A model generated the notes under the pieces. The model searched no databases. It saw only the letters and a program-made list of their open reading frames with translations, and was not told the origin of the DNA. Shown piece by piece: positions 1-10,631 of a stretch of DNA of 51,359 nt (within the stretch, counting starts at the first letter, position 1; the number at the start of each line of letters is the position of its first letter). The position numbers and the translations under genes were made by a program. The DNA comes from an uncultured bacterium (GTDB taxonomy: Bacteria > Patescibacteriota > Microgenomatia > Levybacterales > UBA12049): contig CAWGXL010000003.1 in assembly GCA_963826535.1 (NCBI GenBank), positions 1 through 51,359 of the forward strand. The letters run 5' to 3'.

Positions 1-1733
<1,733 letters not shown>

Positions 1734-1784
1734 ACGGATTTAAAATTTTATAGCCAATTTTGTCCAAGTAAAATTGTTGAACAC

Positions 1785-1819
1785 TTTTTTGTTACTATGC
1801 TGGGACTTATTTTTTATTT
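1785..1819 (+). terminator. Oligo-T runs (T6 at 1785-1790, T6 at 1810-1815) in the convergent gap after cdc48; possible archaeal intrinsic terminator
   Basis: The T-runs lie 52 and 77 nt after the stop at 1733. Archaeal RNAP terminates at oligo-T tracts. The background is AT-rich, so the signal is weak. Confidence 0.25.
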
Positions 1820-1842
1820 CTCTAGAATGAAAAAGTAGGTCT

Positions 1843-2723
1843 CTAGATATTTCTTGCTTTCTTTGATCTTAATGATGCAACAGTCTCCATAAGGATTCTG
1901 GCTGCATGATTTGCGGTATTCTGATTTAGATCATAGTCAGGACACAATTCTACTATATCCATCCCTACAATGTGTAGATTTTCACTTATTTTTTTTATCA
2001 TGTATATCATGTCTAGAGGAAATAATCCACCGGGAGTGGTACAGATACACCAGGAGCAACACCAGGGTCCATACAATCCAAGTCAATGGACATGTATACT
2101 TTTCTTGATCCGCATTTTGATATGATCCTTTTGATAGTAGCGTTGATACCTAATTCAATAATATCGATTGGTGTCATGATCTCCAATTTATTTTCTGTGG
2201 CATTATCTAGTTCTTCCATTTCTGCAGCCCTAGTACCAATCAGTATACTTTTGTTAAAATTGATATAACTTGATGAATCAGTAATAACTGAACCATAGTA
2301 GTTCCTCGTAGATGAAACAAAATCAGGATGAGCATCAAAGTAAATAAGTGATATTTTTTCTCCTTCAAAGCTATCGTTCATTGCCTTGAGGATAATGGTT
2401 GTAATGGAATGATCTCCACCAATGGTTATGGGAATTTTTTTGGTTGAAACTATGTCAAATACCACTCTATAGAGATCATCCCTTGATAGATTTCCTACGT
2501 CGATGATTTTTTTATTTTCAAGTGTTCCTGACATTGGACAAATGGGAATTCTTTTCCCATCTCTTTCAAAAAATTCATAATAATTAGATGCACGCCTTAA
2601 ACTGTCGGGTCCCTTACTAGCCCCCTTTCTTTTTGCATGTGACCTTGATTCATCAGGAATGCCTAATACTACTATGTCCGCCTCTGCAATGGATTGAACA
2701 TTTGAATGAAATAATTTAATCAC
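1843..2723 (-). pseudogene. speB: Arginase-family ureohydrolase (agmatinase-like), one net -1 frame break near 2036-2043
   Basis: Fragments are 2013..2723 and 1843..2076. Mn-site motifs are present: ITIGGDHSITT, FDAHPDF, SIDLDCMDPGVAPGVSVP. The continuation PGGLFPLDMIYMIKKISENLHIVGMDIVELCP is in the other frame. Confidence 0.75.
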
Positions 2724-2893
2724 ATAATAAGCGTATCAAAAGATACATTTCAATGTTAATTTTGCGAATTTTTCTCTAGGTTTTTAAAATAAACCGTAAT
2801 GTCGCAACAACAATCATGAGATACTAAACAAGAAAAAAAATATTTGATTTCTAAAAAAATTAGAAATGGATGGGATGTTAGTCTACTACTCAG

Positions 2894-3469
2894 TTAAAGT
2901 AGAGAATCCCACTTCAGTAGAGTTGGTAGAATTGGTAATCCTGCTGCTTCTGGCATGTCAGTATTGACTATCTGGCCTCTAACTTCTCCATCAGGATGTT
3001 CTGCAGTATGCACGTTAACGTAAGCATCACCAGAGTCCATCGCGGCAGCCAAGTCGCCTAAAGTCTTGCCTTGCATTGGGCCCTTGAGACCAGAGTCAGT
3101 CAAGTTACCTCTGAATATTATTCCATATGCAGTAACTTTGTCTTTGCTAGTCGGAGTGTTGAAAAGGTCTATAACTACTTCACCGTTTTCTCCTTCCTTG
3201 CCCATATGGATGTGTGCTGCTGAAGCATTAAACCCTCCAGTGGAATTGACTTGGACCTTATACTTGATAGTGTCGTTTTTCACTTCTGTAAACTCAGCTT
3301 CTCCAGTTGCGTCAGTCTCAACAGGGGGCACTTCATTTTGCCCACTTAATGTTGCGTCATAAGGATATTTTGCTGCATGTATCTGATCGACGAGTGATAC
3401 AGTAAGCAAAACAGACAGCGAGATAGCTAATCCTAGTATGCTTGCAAATAACAGTTTGCTCGGATTCAT
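2894..3469 (-). CDS. Secreted/anchored CHRD-domain protein
   Basis: N-terminal signal or anchor MNPSKLLFASILGLAISLSVLL. CHRD-like blocks LSGQNEVPPV, AAHIHMGKEGENGEVV and VNVHTAEHPDGEVRGQI. A paralog lies at 40368..40874. Confidence 0.7.
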   Translation of the reverse strand: MNPSKLLFASILGLAISLSVLLTVSLVDQIHAAKYPYDATLSGQNEVPPVETDATGEAEFTEVKNDTIKYKVQVNSTGGFNASAAHIHMGKEGENGEVVIDLFNTPTSKDKVTAYGIIFRGNLTDSGLKGPMQGKTLGDLAAAMDSGDAYVNVHTAEHPDGEVRGQIVNTDMPEAAGLPILPTLLKWDSLL

Positions 3470-3784
3470 TTTGTAAGCTTGCTTTTAACTCACTAAAATA
3501 TATTCCGTTCGACAAGCTCATTTTCGTATAAATCATCAAGCAAAAAGTAGGTTATCTTTATGCTAATTAAGTAGAACATAGTCTCGTTGCGTCTGTAAAT
3601 CTGAATCTAATTCTAAAATGAATTTAATTTAATAAATTTCCATTATCCGGTGAATCGATCCACGATACACCTAGGCGCGGTTTCATCTAGAGGATAAAGA
3701 TTTCAGAAGGTCTGTATTCTTCTTTAAAAATTAGTCTGCCGTTCCTTAACCAATTAACCCTAGACAAACCTAGCATAGTATTAT

Positions 3785-4672
3785 CTATCGTTCCATTCTC
3801 ATAAAATAATGCCTAGTTTCGCCGTCTTCCTCCTTTAATTCTAAAATGGCGTAAGTTGATTTGGCTATACGCAGAAAATCTATTATCTCCTTGTCCGTGA
3901 CTAGTGTCTGTTTTCCTGGATTCGAAGTCGCACGAGATATCCAATCTGGCTTGTAGTCTTTAGGGACGGTAAAGATGGGATATCGATCCATCATATTTTC
4001 ACGGATGTATGGATCCTCAAGCATCCTAGAGTGTTGAGGCATGTCGTCTGCCCTGAGCATTTTGCCTATTGATGAATAATAACTCAAATAGCTTAAAATT
4101 ACCGTAGCTGCCCATTCATTAACATCCATTAAGTTCTCTGGTAGTGGCATCTCGTAGCAACCTATTTGTTGTCCACAGCGATGTTTGGACAGCATTGTCA
4201 TGTCATAGCCAAGATCCATTACTAGTTTAAAGCTGAACTTGTTGCATAATTTGCAAATATATCCGCTAATTCCTTGCACATGTGATTGAGGTATCATCCA
4301 ATAATTGTAATACAAAGCCGCTAGCTCCTTTTCTAGATAGTTTGCTTTTTCCTGAAGAAAATTGATCTGATCAAATGTCTGCTTGGAATTAGAAATTGTG
4401 TTGTTGACTTTAGCCATACGTTCAATGTTTTCCCATGATAGTTCCCAGGGAGGATTCTCGGGCTTTTGATATTCACGTGTATTTTGAAAATTATTCGGTT
4501 TCATGAGCGGTTTCTGGTATTGCTCGTACTCCGGAACCTTTACCCCTTGTCCATGAACCAATAAGTAATGTCTTTGTAGGTTATATTTGCGAGTTGATGT
4601 ATACTGACAATTCAAACACTGAAACTTTCCCTTTCCCGGATTCTTTCGTGACACATTTAGAAAATCGCTCAT
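3785..4672 (-). CDS. C2H2 (TFIIIA-type) zinc-finger protein, remainder of unknown function
   Basis: FQCLNCQYTSTRKYNLQRHYLLVH fits F-x-C-x2-C-x12-H-x4-H, with the conserved L-x2-H. It is followed by a coiled-coil-like stretch (QINFLQEKANYLEKELAAL) and a second Cys/His patch (YICKLCNKF...HRC). ATG start, intact 295-aa ORF. Confidence 0.6.
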   Translation of the reverse strand: MSDFLNVSRKNPGKGKFQCLNCQYTSTRKYNLQRHYLLVHGQGVKVPEYEQYQKPLMKPNNFQNTREYQKPENPPWELSWENIERMAKVNNTISNSKQTFDQINFLQEKANYLEKELAALYYNYWMIPQSHVQGISGYICKLCNKFSFKLVMDLGYDMTMLSKHRCGQQIGCYEMPLPENLMDVNEWAATVILSYLSYYSSIGKMLRADDMPQHSRMLEDPYIRENMMDRYPIFTVPKDYKPDWISRATSNPGKQTLVTDKEIIDFLRIAKSTYAILELKEEDGETRHYFMRMER

Positions 4673-4679
4673 GTTATAT

Positions 4680-4706
4680 ACTCATGAGCACTCATGAGTG
4701 ACTCAT
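4680..4706 (-). promoter_or_regulatory. Array of three ACTCAT hexamers at 10/11-bp spacing, two of them inside CTCATGAG palindromes, directly upstream of the zinc-finger gene start
   Basis: On the plus strand ACTCAT occurs at 4680, 4690 and 4701. The self-complementary octamer CTCATGAG occurs at 4681-4688 and 4691-4698. On the coding (minus) strand the array lies at -8 to -35 from the ATG (4672), downstream of a TTTAAT TATA-like element (plus-strand ATTAAA, 4705-4710) that overlaps its distal edge. Confidence 0.35.
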
Positions 4707-4866
4707 TAAAGCATTACGAAACGGATTAACTTTAACTCTGTGATTCGGCTCCATGCATAAGTTAACGTGCCTTAAAAAAACCGGCGTCTCAGTTAATATC
4801 TCTATTTATCCCGATCCTTGCCTTAATCGACGAAATTTTAGTATAAGCATTGCCGCTTAATCAAAC

Positions 4867-5565
4867 CTAGGCTTTCGCTTGGTTTCGTTTAATGACTCTA
4901 ATTATTAATTCGGCCTCTCGAATGTTGCTAGCAAGTCTTGCAATTTTTACGATATCTCTGACATCTCTATTTTCTAGTTCATTCCAGACTATTTTGGAAA
5001 TCGCTATCGCAGTCATTTCATCCACTTTCTCTTTTTTCGGGATAGATACCGATATTTCCATGAACTCTTCAAAGGTATAATCTGGAACTTTCACAACTAG
5101 AAATCTCGATAACAGGGGGTCAGCTATTTTTTTACAAGAATTAGCAGTAGCAAATACTGAACTGTGCAGAAGCATTCGTCTTGTTTTATTGATCTTTGTT
5201 TCAGATACTAAGCCGGTCTCCATGAGATGTAACAATGAGTTCTGATCTGAATTGTTCATCTTTTCAAGTTCATCTATCAACACAAATTTCGGTTTTCTAT
5301 CAAATAATTGGTTTATCAATCCGGCTTTTGTAGTATTGCTTCCAATTACAAGGACCGATTCCTTGAAAAGCCGATTGATCTCGAGCAGAAACATTGTTTT
5401 TGCTGAACCTGGACGTCCTACTAGCAGTATGTGAACAGGATTTTTCGAAACAATAGCCTTGTTCAAGATCTGTTTTATTTCAAAATGGGCTATTATCTCC
5501 TTGAATGTTCCTGATGTGCCGTTGTTATAGTTTTTGTTCCAAATCTGTTGGAAAATGTTTCTCAT
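4867..5565 (-). CDS. Small stand-alone AAA+ ATPase with an MCM/MoxR-clade-like core (no N-terminal OB or helicase domains)
   Basis: Walker A GRPGSAKT, Walker B FVLIDELEKM, LLHLMETGLVSETK, sensor-1 VFATAN, Arg-finger-like DPLLSRF. Only 232 aa. Confidence 0.65.
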   Translation of the reverse strand: MRNIFQQIWNKNYNNGTSGTFKEIIAHFEIKQILNKAIVSKNPVHILLVGRPGSAKTMFLLEINRLFKESVLVIGSNTTKAGLINQLFDRKPKFVLIDELEKMNNSDQNSLLHLMETGLVSETKINKTRRMLLHSSVFATANSCKKIADPLLSRFLVVKVPDYTFEEFMEISVSIPKKEKVDEMTAIAISKIVWNELENRDVRDIVKIARLASNIREAELIIRVIKRNQAKA

Positions 5566-5702
5566 TTACGTCATAGGTAAAACCATCTCACTTTTACTTT
5601 GTGTAGTCAGATACTATTAGATTGAGTACTGACAATGGGTACAAAAATTTAGCATAGTTTAATTCTTTATTATGCTTACGCTACCATGTTTAAACAAGAG
5701 GA

Positions 5703-6631
5703 TTGATTTTAGATTTGAGACCCGACGTGAGCCGCAAACCTGTACTACTAGTTGTATTGTTATTGACTTCAATCTATTTTGTCGTGCAAATTGTAATTGG
5801 ACTGCTTGTCGGAAGTCTTGCACTTTTATCAGATGCAGGCCACATGCTGATAGATGTCTGTGGACTTGTAATGTCCCTTTTAGCGATTTCATTTAGCCAG
5901 AAACCCGCAACACCAAAAAGAACATATGGATTTTATAGAGGAGAAATACTGACATCACTCCTGAATTGCCTGTTCCTTTTTCTGCTATCATTTTACATTT
6001 TATATGAGGCATATTATCGAATGCTTTCGCCATTTGAAATAAATGGGTATCCCATAATATGGGTAGCCTCGATTGGACTTGGCGTAAATTTATTGGGCAT
6101 CAAACTCCTGCGGCCCCATACAGAAATTAAAGGATCCGATACTGGTTATCTTGACAAGGAAAGTAATACTATCAACGAGAAAAATCTGAATATATACGGA
6201 GCCTATTTGGAAATTTTCGCTGATACCATCGGTTCTGTGGGTGTTATCATCTCTGGCTTGATTATTGTCCTAACCAATTTCTATTTGGTCGATGCCCTGA
6301 TTAGTATTGGTATAGCAATATTTATTCTTCCAAGAACCTGGTCTCTCTTAAAGAGATCATCCATATTCTATTAGAGGGTACACCCAGCCATCTGCAACAC
6401 GAAGAGGTTCAGAGTGCTATTCTAAGTGTTAAGGGAGTAACAGGTGTTTTTGACCTTCACATATGGACTATAACTTCTGGAATTCACGCCTTATCTGCCC
6501 ATGTAGTAGTCATGGATAATAACAGGTCTAGAGAGGTCTTGCAAGAGATAAATTCTATTCTTGAAAATAATTTCAAGATAAATCACGCAACAATACAAAT
6601 AGAATCTTATCATGAGTCACACAAAATATAA
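5703..6631 (+). pseudogene. Cation diffusion facilitator (CzcD/ZitB-like) metal efflux transporter, one net -1 frame break near 6355-6365
   Basis: Fragment 5703..6374 has TM helices and the site motif LSDAGHMLIDV. The C-terminal cytoplasmic domain HILLEGTPSHLQHEEVQSAILSVKGVTGVFDLHIWTITSGIHALSAHVVV...ATIQIESYHESHKI is readable in the -1 frame up to the stop at 6629..6631. Confidence 0.8.
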
Positions 6632-7217
6632 CTAAATATTGCATTGTAAATTTGTTCCAATAGTGCTCTTGCTTATTATAATGTCAGAATACGAATTACA
6701 ACGCTTTCAAGGCTAAGTGTTTTTCTGATTAAATGTAATTATCATCCTGGCCCGCCCAATTAGTCTACTCATGTCGTGACACTTATCAAAATACGGCTAC
6801 AATATCACCAATAGGAATTTCAAAGATTGCAAATGTCGACTTGACCATTCTTAGAAGATCTTTAATCTCAAAATCTGAGTATAGTTTTCTTTTCAAACCT
6901 TGACAATAGGGTTCAGAGATTTTCATACTAGTTGGCACTTGCTAAACCCAAGTCAACTCCATTTGTCTTGTGTTCGGTTACTCTTGTTTCATAAATGATA
7001 CCTATTTCTGTAACATTGAGCAGGCCGCATAGTCATTTTTTTCATTCAGTTCCAAATAAGGGACCATTAGTACTATTTTTATATAATGAGTTATTCAGAG
7101 TAGATTATGTCGGAGGATGCTTTCAGAGCATCCTTCTTCCTAGTGTAGTTGGATTTTGTATATCCATATTTTTTAGCCAAAAGTAAGTGTTGTCTTCGTT
7201 TCTTACAGTAGGAATGT

Positions 7218-8048
7218 CTATAAGTCCTTAGCGGTGGCGTATAACCAACCAATAAACATGCTGCGAGCTTTCCTTACCTCCCCGTTTGATAATGACCATG
7301 TCAGCGACCAAGTCAATTTATTTTTCTTCGGAGGAAGAAAAAATGAGGGTCTAGTACAAATTACCTCAAAACCACATGCTTCTAGCTTAGTTTTGAGGTT
7401 TTGATATCCAAAGTGGTATTCTATCTGGATGTGTGAAAACCTGCTTAGATCGTTACCAGATGCATTTAAAATAAAATCATATTCACAGCCTTCACAATCT
7501 ATCTTTAATATTTCAGGGCATGAGCAATATTTCTGTATGAGAGTCTTCAACGTTAAAAATTCTACGTCCTGTTCGGAGGACAAAATTGTATCGTTCGGAC
7601 CACATGCTGCCATAATCAATTTTATTTTTGCCGAATAACCGTTTATCGCTATATTCTGAGCAGCACAATCATAACTAGTCTTGTTGGGTTCGATGGCTAT
7701 CACATACTTCGCGCCCCTATTCGCAAAATAGATTGATGAATCCCCGATGTTGGCACCTATATCAACCACCTCCTTTCCATTTACCGGCAAAAAGGAATAC
7801 TCGTTTTTTTTAAATATATTTACTATATCCCCATTAGTCTTCCCACCATGAAATTTTAAGTCATTAATATATGCCACGTCGCAAGCAGGATCCACGTCTA
7901 ATTCCGTTAAATCATAGTATACTTCCTGATAATCATCAAATTGGGAAATTTTACCATATCGGTTAATAGCTTTAATCGGATAATCGCTTCTTAAGACGCA
8001 ACTTATTAAAGATAGATAGTTTTTGTACCTTTTCCTATATACATTCAT
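7218..8048 (-). CDS. FkbM-family SAM-dependent methyltransferase
   Basis: VVDIGANIGDSSIYFANRGAKYVIAIEPNKTSYDCAAQNIAING is a typical FkbM signature. Intact 276-aa ORF. Confidence 0.75.
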   Translation of the reverse strand: MNVYRKRYKNYLSLISCVLRSDYPIKAINRYGKISQFDDYQEVYYDLTELDVDPACDVAYINDLKFHGGKTNGDIVNIFKKNEYSFLPVNGKEVVDIGANIGDSSIYFANRGAKYVIAIEPNKTSYDCAAQNIAINGYSAKIKLIMAACGPNDTILSSEQDVEFLTLKTLIQKYCSCPEILKIDCEGCEYDFILNASGNDLSRFSHIQIEYHFGYQNLKTKLEACGFEVICTRPSFFLPPKKNKLTWSLTWSLSNGEVRKARSMFIGWLYATAKDL

Positions 8049-8805
8049 AAAAATAATATTATTTTTTAAGAATTTTAGATACGAAAATACTATGTCGCTT
8101 ATGGAAAAATTAGTTTCCAGTTAATTACTCGCACGTTTAATATAGACAGATTTTATTTATGTTTTAGCTCTGACGACCAACCTTAGTATAAGTGTCAAAC
8201 CATCAAAATAAATTTCATCATTCCGGCACTTTGTTTGAATTAAGAGATTTATACATGAATAGAACTGCGAATTATTTTTTGTCGAGTCTCGAGTCGAATC
8301 AATATGTGATCCTTATCTGGCTTGACAGCTACAACTTGGTGTCCTCAGAGATTCTGCGCATTAGATAATACTAGTATTAAGAACGAAAAGGAATTAAACG
8401 TTCAATTCAGACTCCCATTCAGAAAAAATTAGTATTTTCAATTTGTAAATTACTGGAATTTTAATCTTTTCTCTGAGTTTAGTACTGGACCTTAGTTTCA
8501 TCGGCTATACTAGCATAAAACATTTGTAACAGGGAGTTATGCTTTAGCCGAGAGAAAACTGTGACTCGGATGCTAATTAGGTTAGTCGTAAGTTTAATGT
8601 CAAGACAGGAATACTTGGAAATTCTAATCATAATTTCTCTGTCAACAAGGGAACTGTCCCGAGGCTATTCATATCTTTCTAGAATGTGATATTAAAATTC
8701 TATTCCGGAACCACATGAAATTTCAGGGCAGGCTCATTGTTAAGGATTCTCTTTTTCAATCTCAGGAATCTGTTTAAATAATGTTCTTGAATTAAAAAAT
8801 TAATC

Positions 8806-9039
8806 TTGAAAGTTCTGAAAACAGCATTTAGAGAATTTGACTATATTATATCGAATATCCCAGTAATAGTTGCTCTTATTTTAATATGCTGCGCACCTAT
8901 TTTCCTTTTGCAAAATGAACAAGTATTTGCAAACCAAATTGCAGGTTATGCTTACTATCTGCTCATCGTCGTTATCTCGTGGAAGATTATTCAATACTTT
9001 ATTCGGAGACTCAATATAACGATGAATCCAAAAGGTTAG
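8806..9039 (+). CDS. Possible small two-TM membrane protein upstream of the flippase (TTG start only)
   Basis: 77-aa ORF with two hydrophobic helices (IPVIVALILICCAPIFLL, YAYYLLIVVISWKIIQYF). There is no ATG start and no recognisable family. Confidence 0.2.
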   Translation: MKVLKTAFREFDYIISNIPVIVALILICCAPIFLLQNEQVFANQIAGYAYYLLIVVISWKIIQYFIRRLNITMNPKG

Positions 9040-9049
9040 ATGGACACAC

Positions 9050-10486
9050 GTGAATAATGATAAGTCTCCAACTGATTCAAATGACAAAAATATTGATACA
9101 AAACCACATCAGGATTTTGTTACTCCCAGCTTTCTGCTTTTTTTAGACAACTTAGTGGTCTCAGTAGGAGGCTGGCTATACTGGATAATAATATCAAAGC
9201 TTACTACAGCCTCAGAGATAGGCATAGCAATTACAGTCTATAGTCTAGTTATTCTAGTTATATCAATAACGCACCTAGGAATTGAATATCCGTTACTAAA
9301 AAAATCGGTCATACCGGGCTCAAGAATTCTAGGTACCTCTCTTGCAATAGAATTAGTACTCGCACTAGGATCAATTATGATTGTATTTATTGCTATTAAC
9401 ACCTTCTATGATGAATCGATAAGGCAATTTACATGGTTATCTATTACGTTACTTATTCTAATTACGATAGAAAATGTATTTCGTTTTGCCCTACTGGGAA
9501 TTTCTAATTCTAAAATTGTCCTAATAATTGATCTAATAGGCCAGGGGATAAAATTACTAATTGGATTCTTACTGGTCTATTCTTCGTTCGGGGCGTTTGG
9601 TATGCTACTCGCATATGTCCTCGAAGGTTTTTTTATCGCTTGCATTTCCTTGTATTTCGCAAAAAGGTCATTTAGTTTTAAATTGGGCAACAGTAAATAC
9701 TTTAAAGATACTCTTAAAGACGCACTTATCAATACACCGTCAAAACTGTCAAAGATGATAATTGTTACCCTAAGCATAGTACTCCTTTCATTTATGAATG
9801 TTAGTAACTCTGAGATTGGAATTTTTTATGTAGCATTAATGATTACTATAGTTGCGACCAGCTTTGCCTCAAGTATGGCGTATATGGTAATTCCGTCTTC
9901 ATCAAAGTTAATGAAAGATCTTTCTTCTAGTGGCCTCAGAATTAGTTTAAGTTTGACAGTACCAATAGTTGTAGCATTGCTTGTAGTACCAAATTCAATA
10001 CTTTCGCTGGTCGGGCCAGAGTATGAATCTGCAGCATTAGTTTTGTTCGTGCTTGCTATTGCCATCATCCCTTCAGCAATTTCAATAAACTTGATATCGA
10101 TGCTTAACAACTTGAACAAATCTAAAATGTTAATAGCAAGCGGCCTAATGCAGTTCGCGATATTTATTGTCTCTTTTTATATCTTGGTCCCACTCTATGG
10201 TACTATGGGAGCTGCAGTTTCATTTCTTTTGGCATATTCGGGTTGTTCGTTATTCTTGATAATTTTAACAGAACACGAATCTTTCAGGAACATTATTTTT
10301 GCGTGCATGTCAGTACTAGCAGGATTTACCGTTGGCTACATCTTACATATGATAATTGGTGATGAACAACGATTACTAATAGCAATTTGTTCCGTAGTTA
10401 TGTCCGTGATCGTCATTTACACAACAAAGAATATGACAATTACAGAAACAAAACTCCTGTTAAAGGAAATGCTTCAAAAGAGATAA
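9050..10486 (+). CDS. Polysaccharide/oligosaccharide flippase (MOP superfamily, Wzx-like)
   Basis: 478 aa, almost entirely hydrophobic helices (about 12-14). It sits at the head of a glycosyltransferase-rich cluster. GTG start. Confidence 0.6.
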   Translation: MNNDKSPTDSNDKNIDTKPHQDFVTPSFLLFLDNLVVSVGGWLYWIIISKLTTASEIGIAITVYSLVILVISITHLGIEYPLLKKSVIPGSRILGTSLAIELVLALGSIMIVFIAINTFYDESIRQFTWLSITLLILITIENVFRFALLGISNSKIVLIIDLIGQGIKLLIGFLLVYSSFGAFGMLLAYVLEGFFIACISLYFAKRSFSFKLGNSKYFKDTLKDALINTPSKLSKMIIVTLSIVLLSFMNVSNSEIGIFYVALMITIVATSFASSMAYMVIPSSSKLMKDLSSSGLRISLSLTVPIVVALLVVPNSILSLVGPEYESAALVLFVLAIAIIPSAISINLISMLNNLNKSKMLIASGLMQFAIFIVSFYILVPLYGTMGAAVSFLLAYSGCSLFLIILTEHESFRNIIFACMSVLAGFTVGYILHMIIGDEQRLLIAICSVVMSVIVIYTTKNMTITETKLLLKEMLQKR

Positions 10487-10631
10487 GTTCTTCTCATAAT
10501 TTATAATCTTGATGATTGAATAAAGTAGAATTGCCCTGATTATCATTCATTAATTAAATTATTATATCTGTGGATTAAACAATACAAAGAACTTTATTGA
10601 TAATAAATGCTGAACCAGAGATTGTGGTTGT

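Noticed and set aside
2847-2867. Hairpin ATTTCTAA-aaaaa-TTAGAAAT, 27 nt downstream of the CHRD gene stop.
   Set aside because: An 8-bp stem that is mostly A/T (a single G-C pair) in an AT-rich genome is weak and expected by chance. Archaeal termination relies on oligo-T rather than hairpins.
2894-2960. C-terminal PEAAGLPILPTLL of the first CHRD protein as a possible thaumarchaeal PEFG-CTERM-type sorting signal.
   Set aside because: The hydrophobic stretch is too short and lacks the basic tail. No alternative frame gives a proper TM helix, and the motif match (PEAAG versus PEFG) is loose.
5659-5896. ORFs 5659..5892(-) and 5672..5896(+), overlapping the 5' end of the CDF transporter gene.
   Set aside because: They mutually overlap and overlap the TM1-TM2 region of a clearly recognisable CDF gene. 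Their basic, Cys-rich translations are typical of off-frame reading.
6632-7217. A 586-bp gap containing ORF 6995..7186(+). A minus-strand open frame (...TYRHSYCKKRRQHLLLAKKYGYTKSNYTRKKDALKASSDIIYSE) continues +1 from the FkbM stop. There is also a 10-bp stem-loop with one G-U wobble at 7112-7136.
   Set aside because: The plus-strand ORF has an implausible composition. The minus-strand frame has no start and no recognisable family, and it is closed by stops a few codons upstream within FkbM, so it is not a simple C-terminal extension. It may be gene debris, but I cannot support a call.
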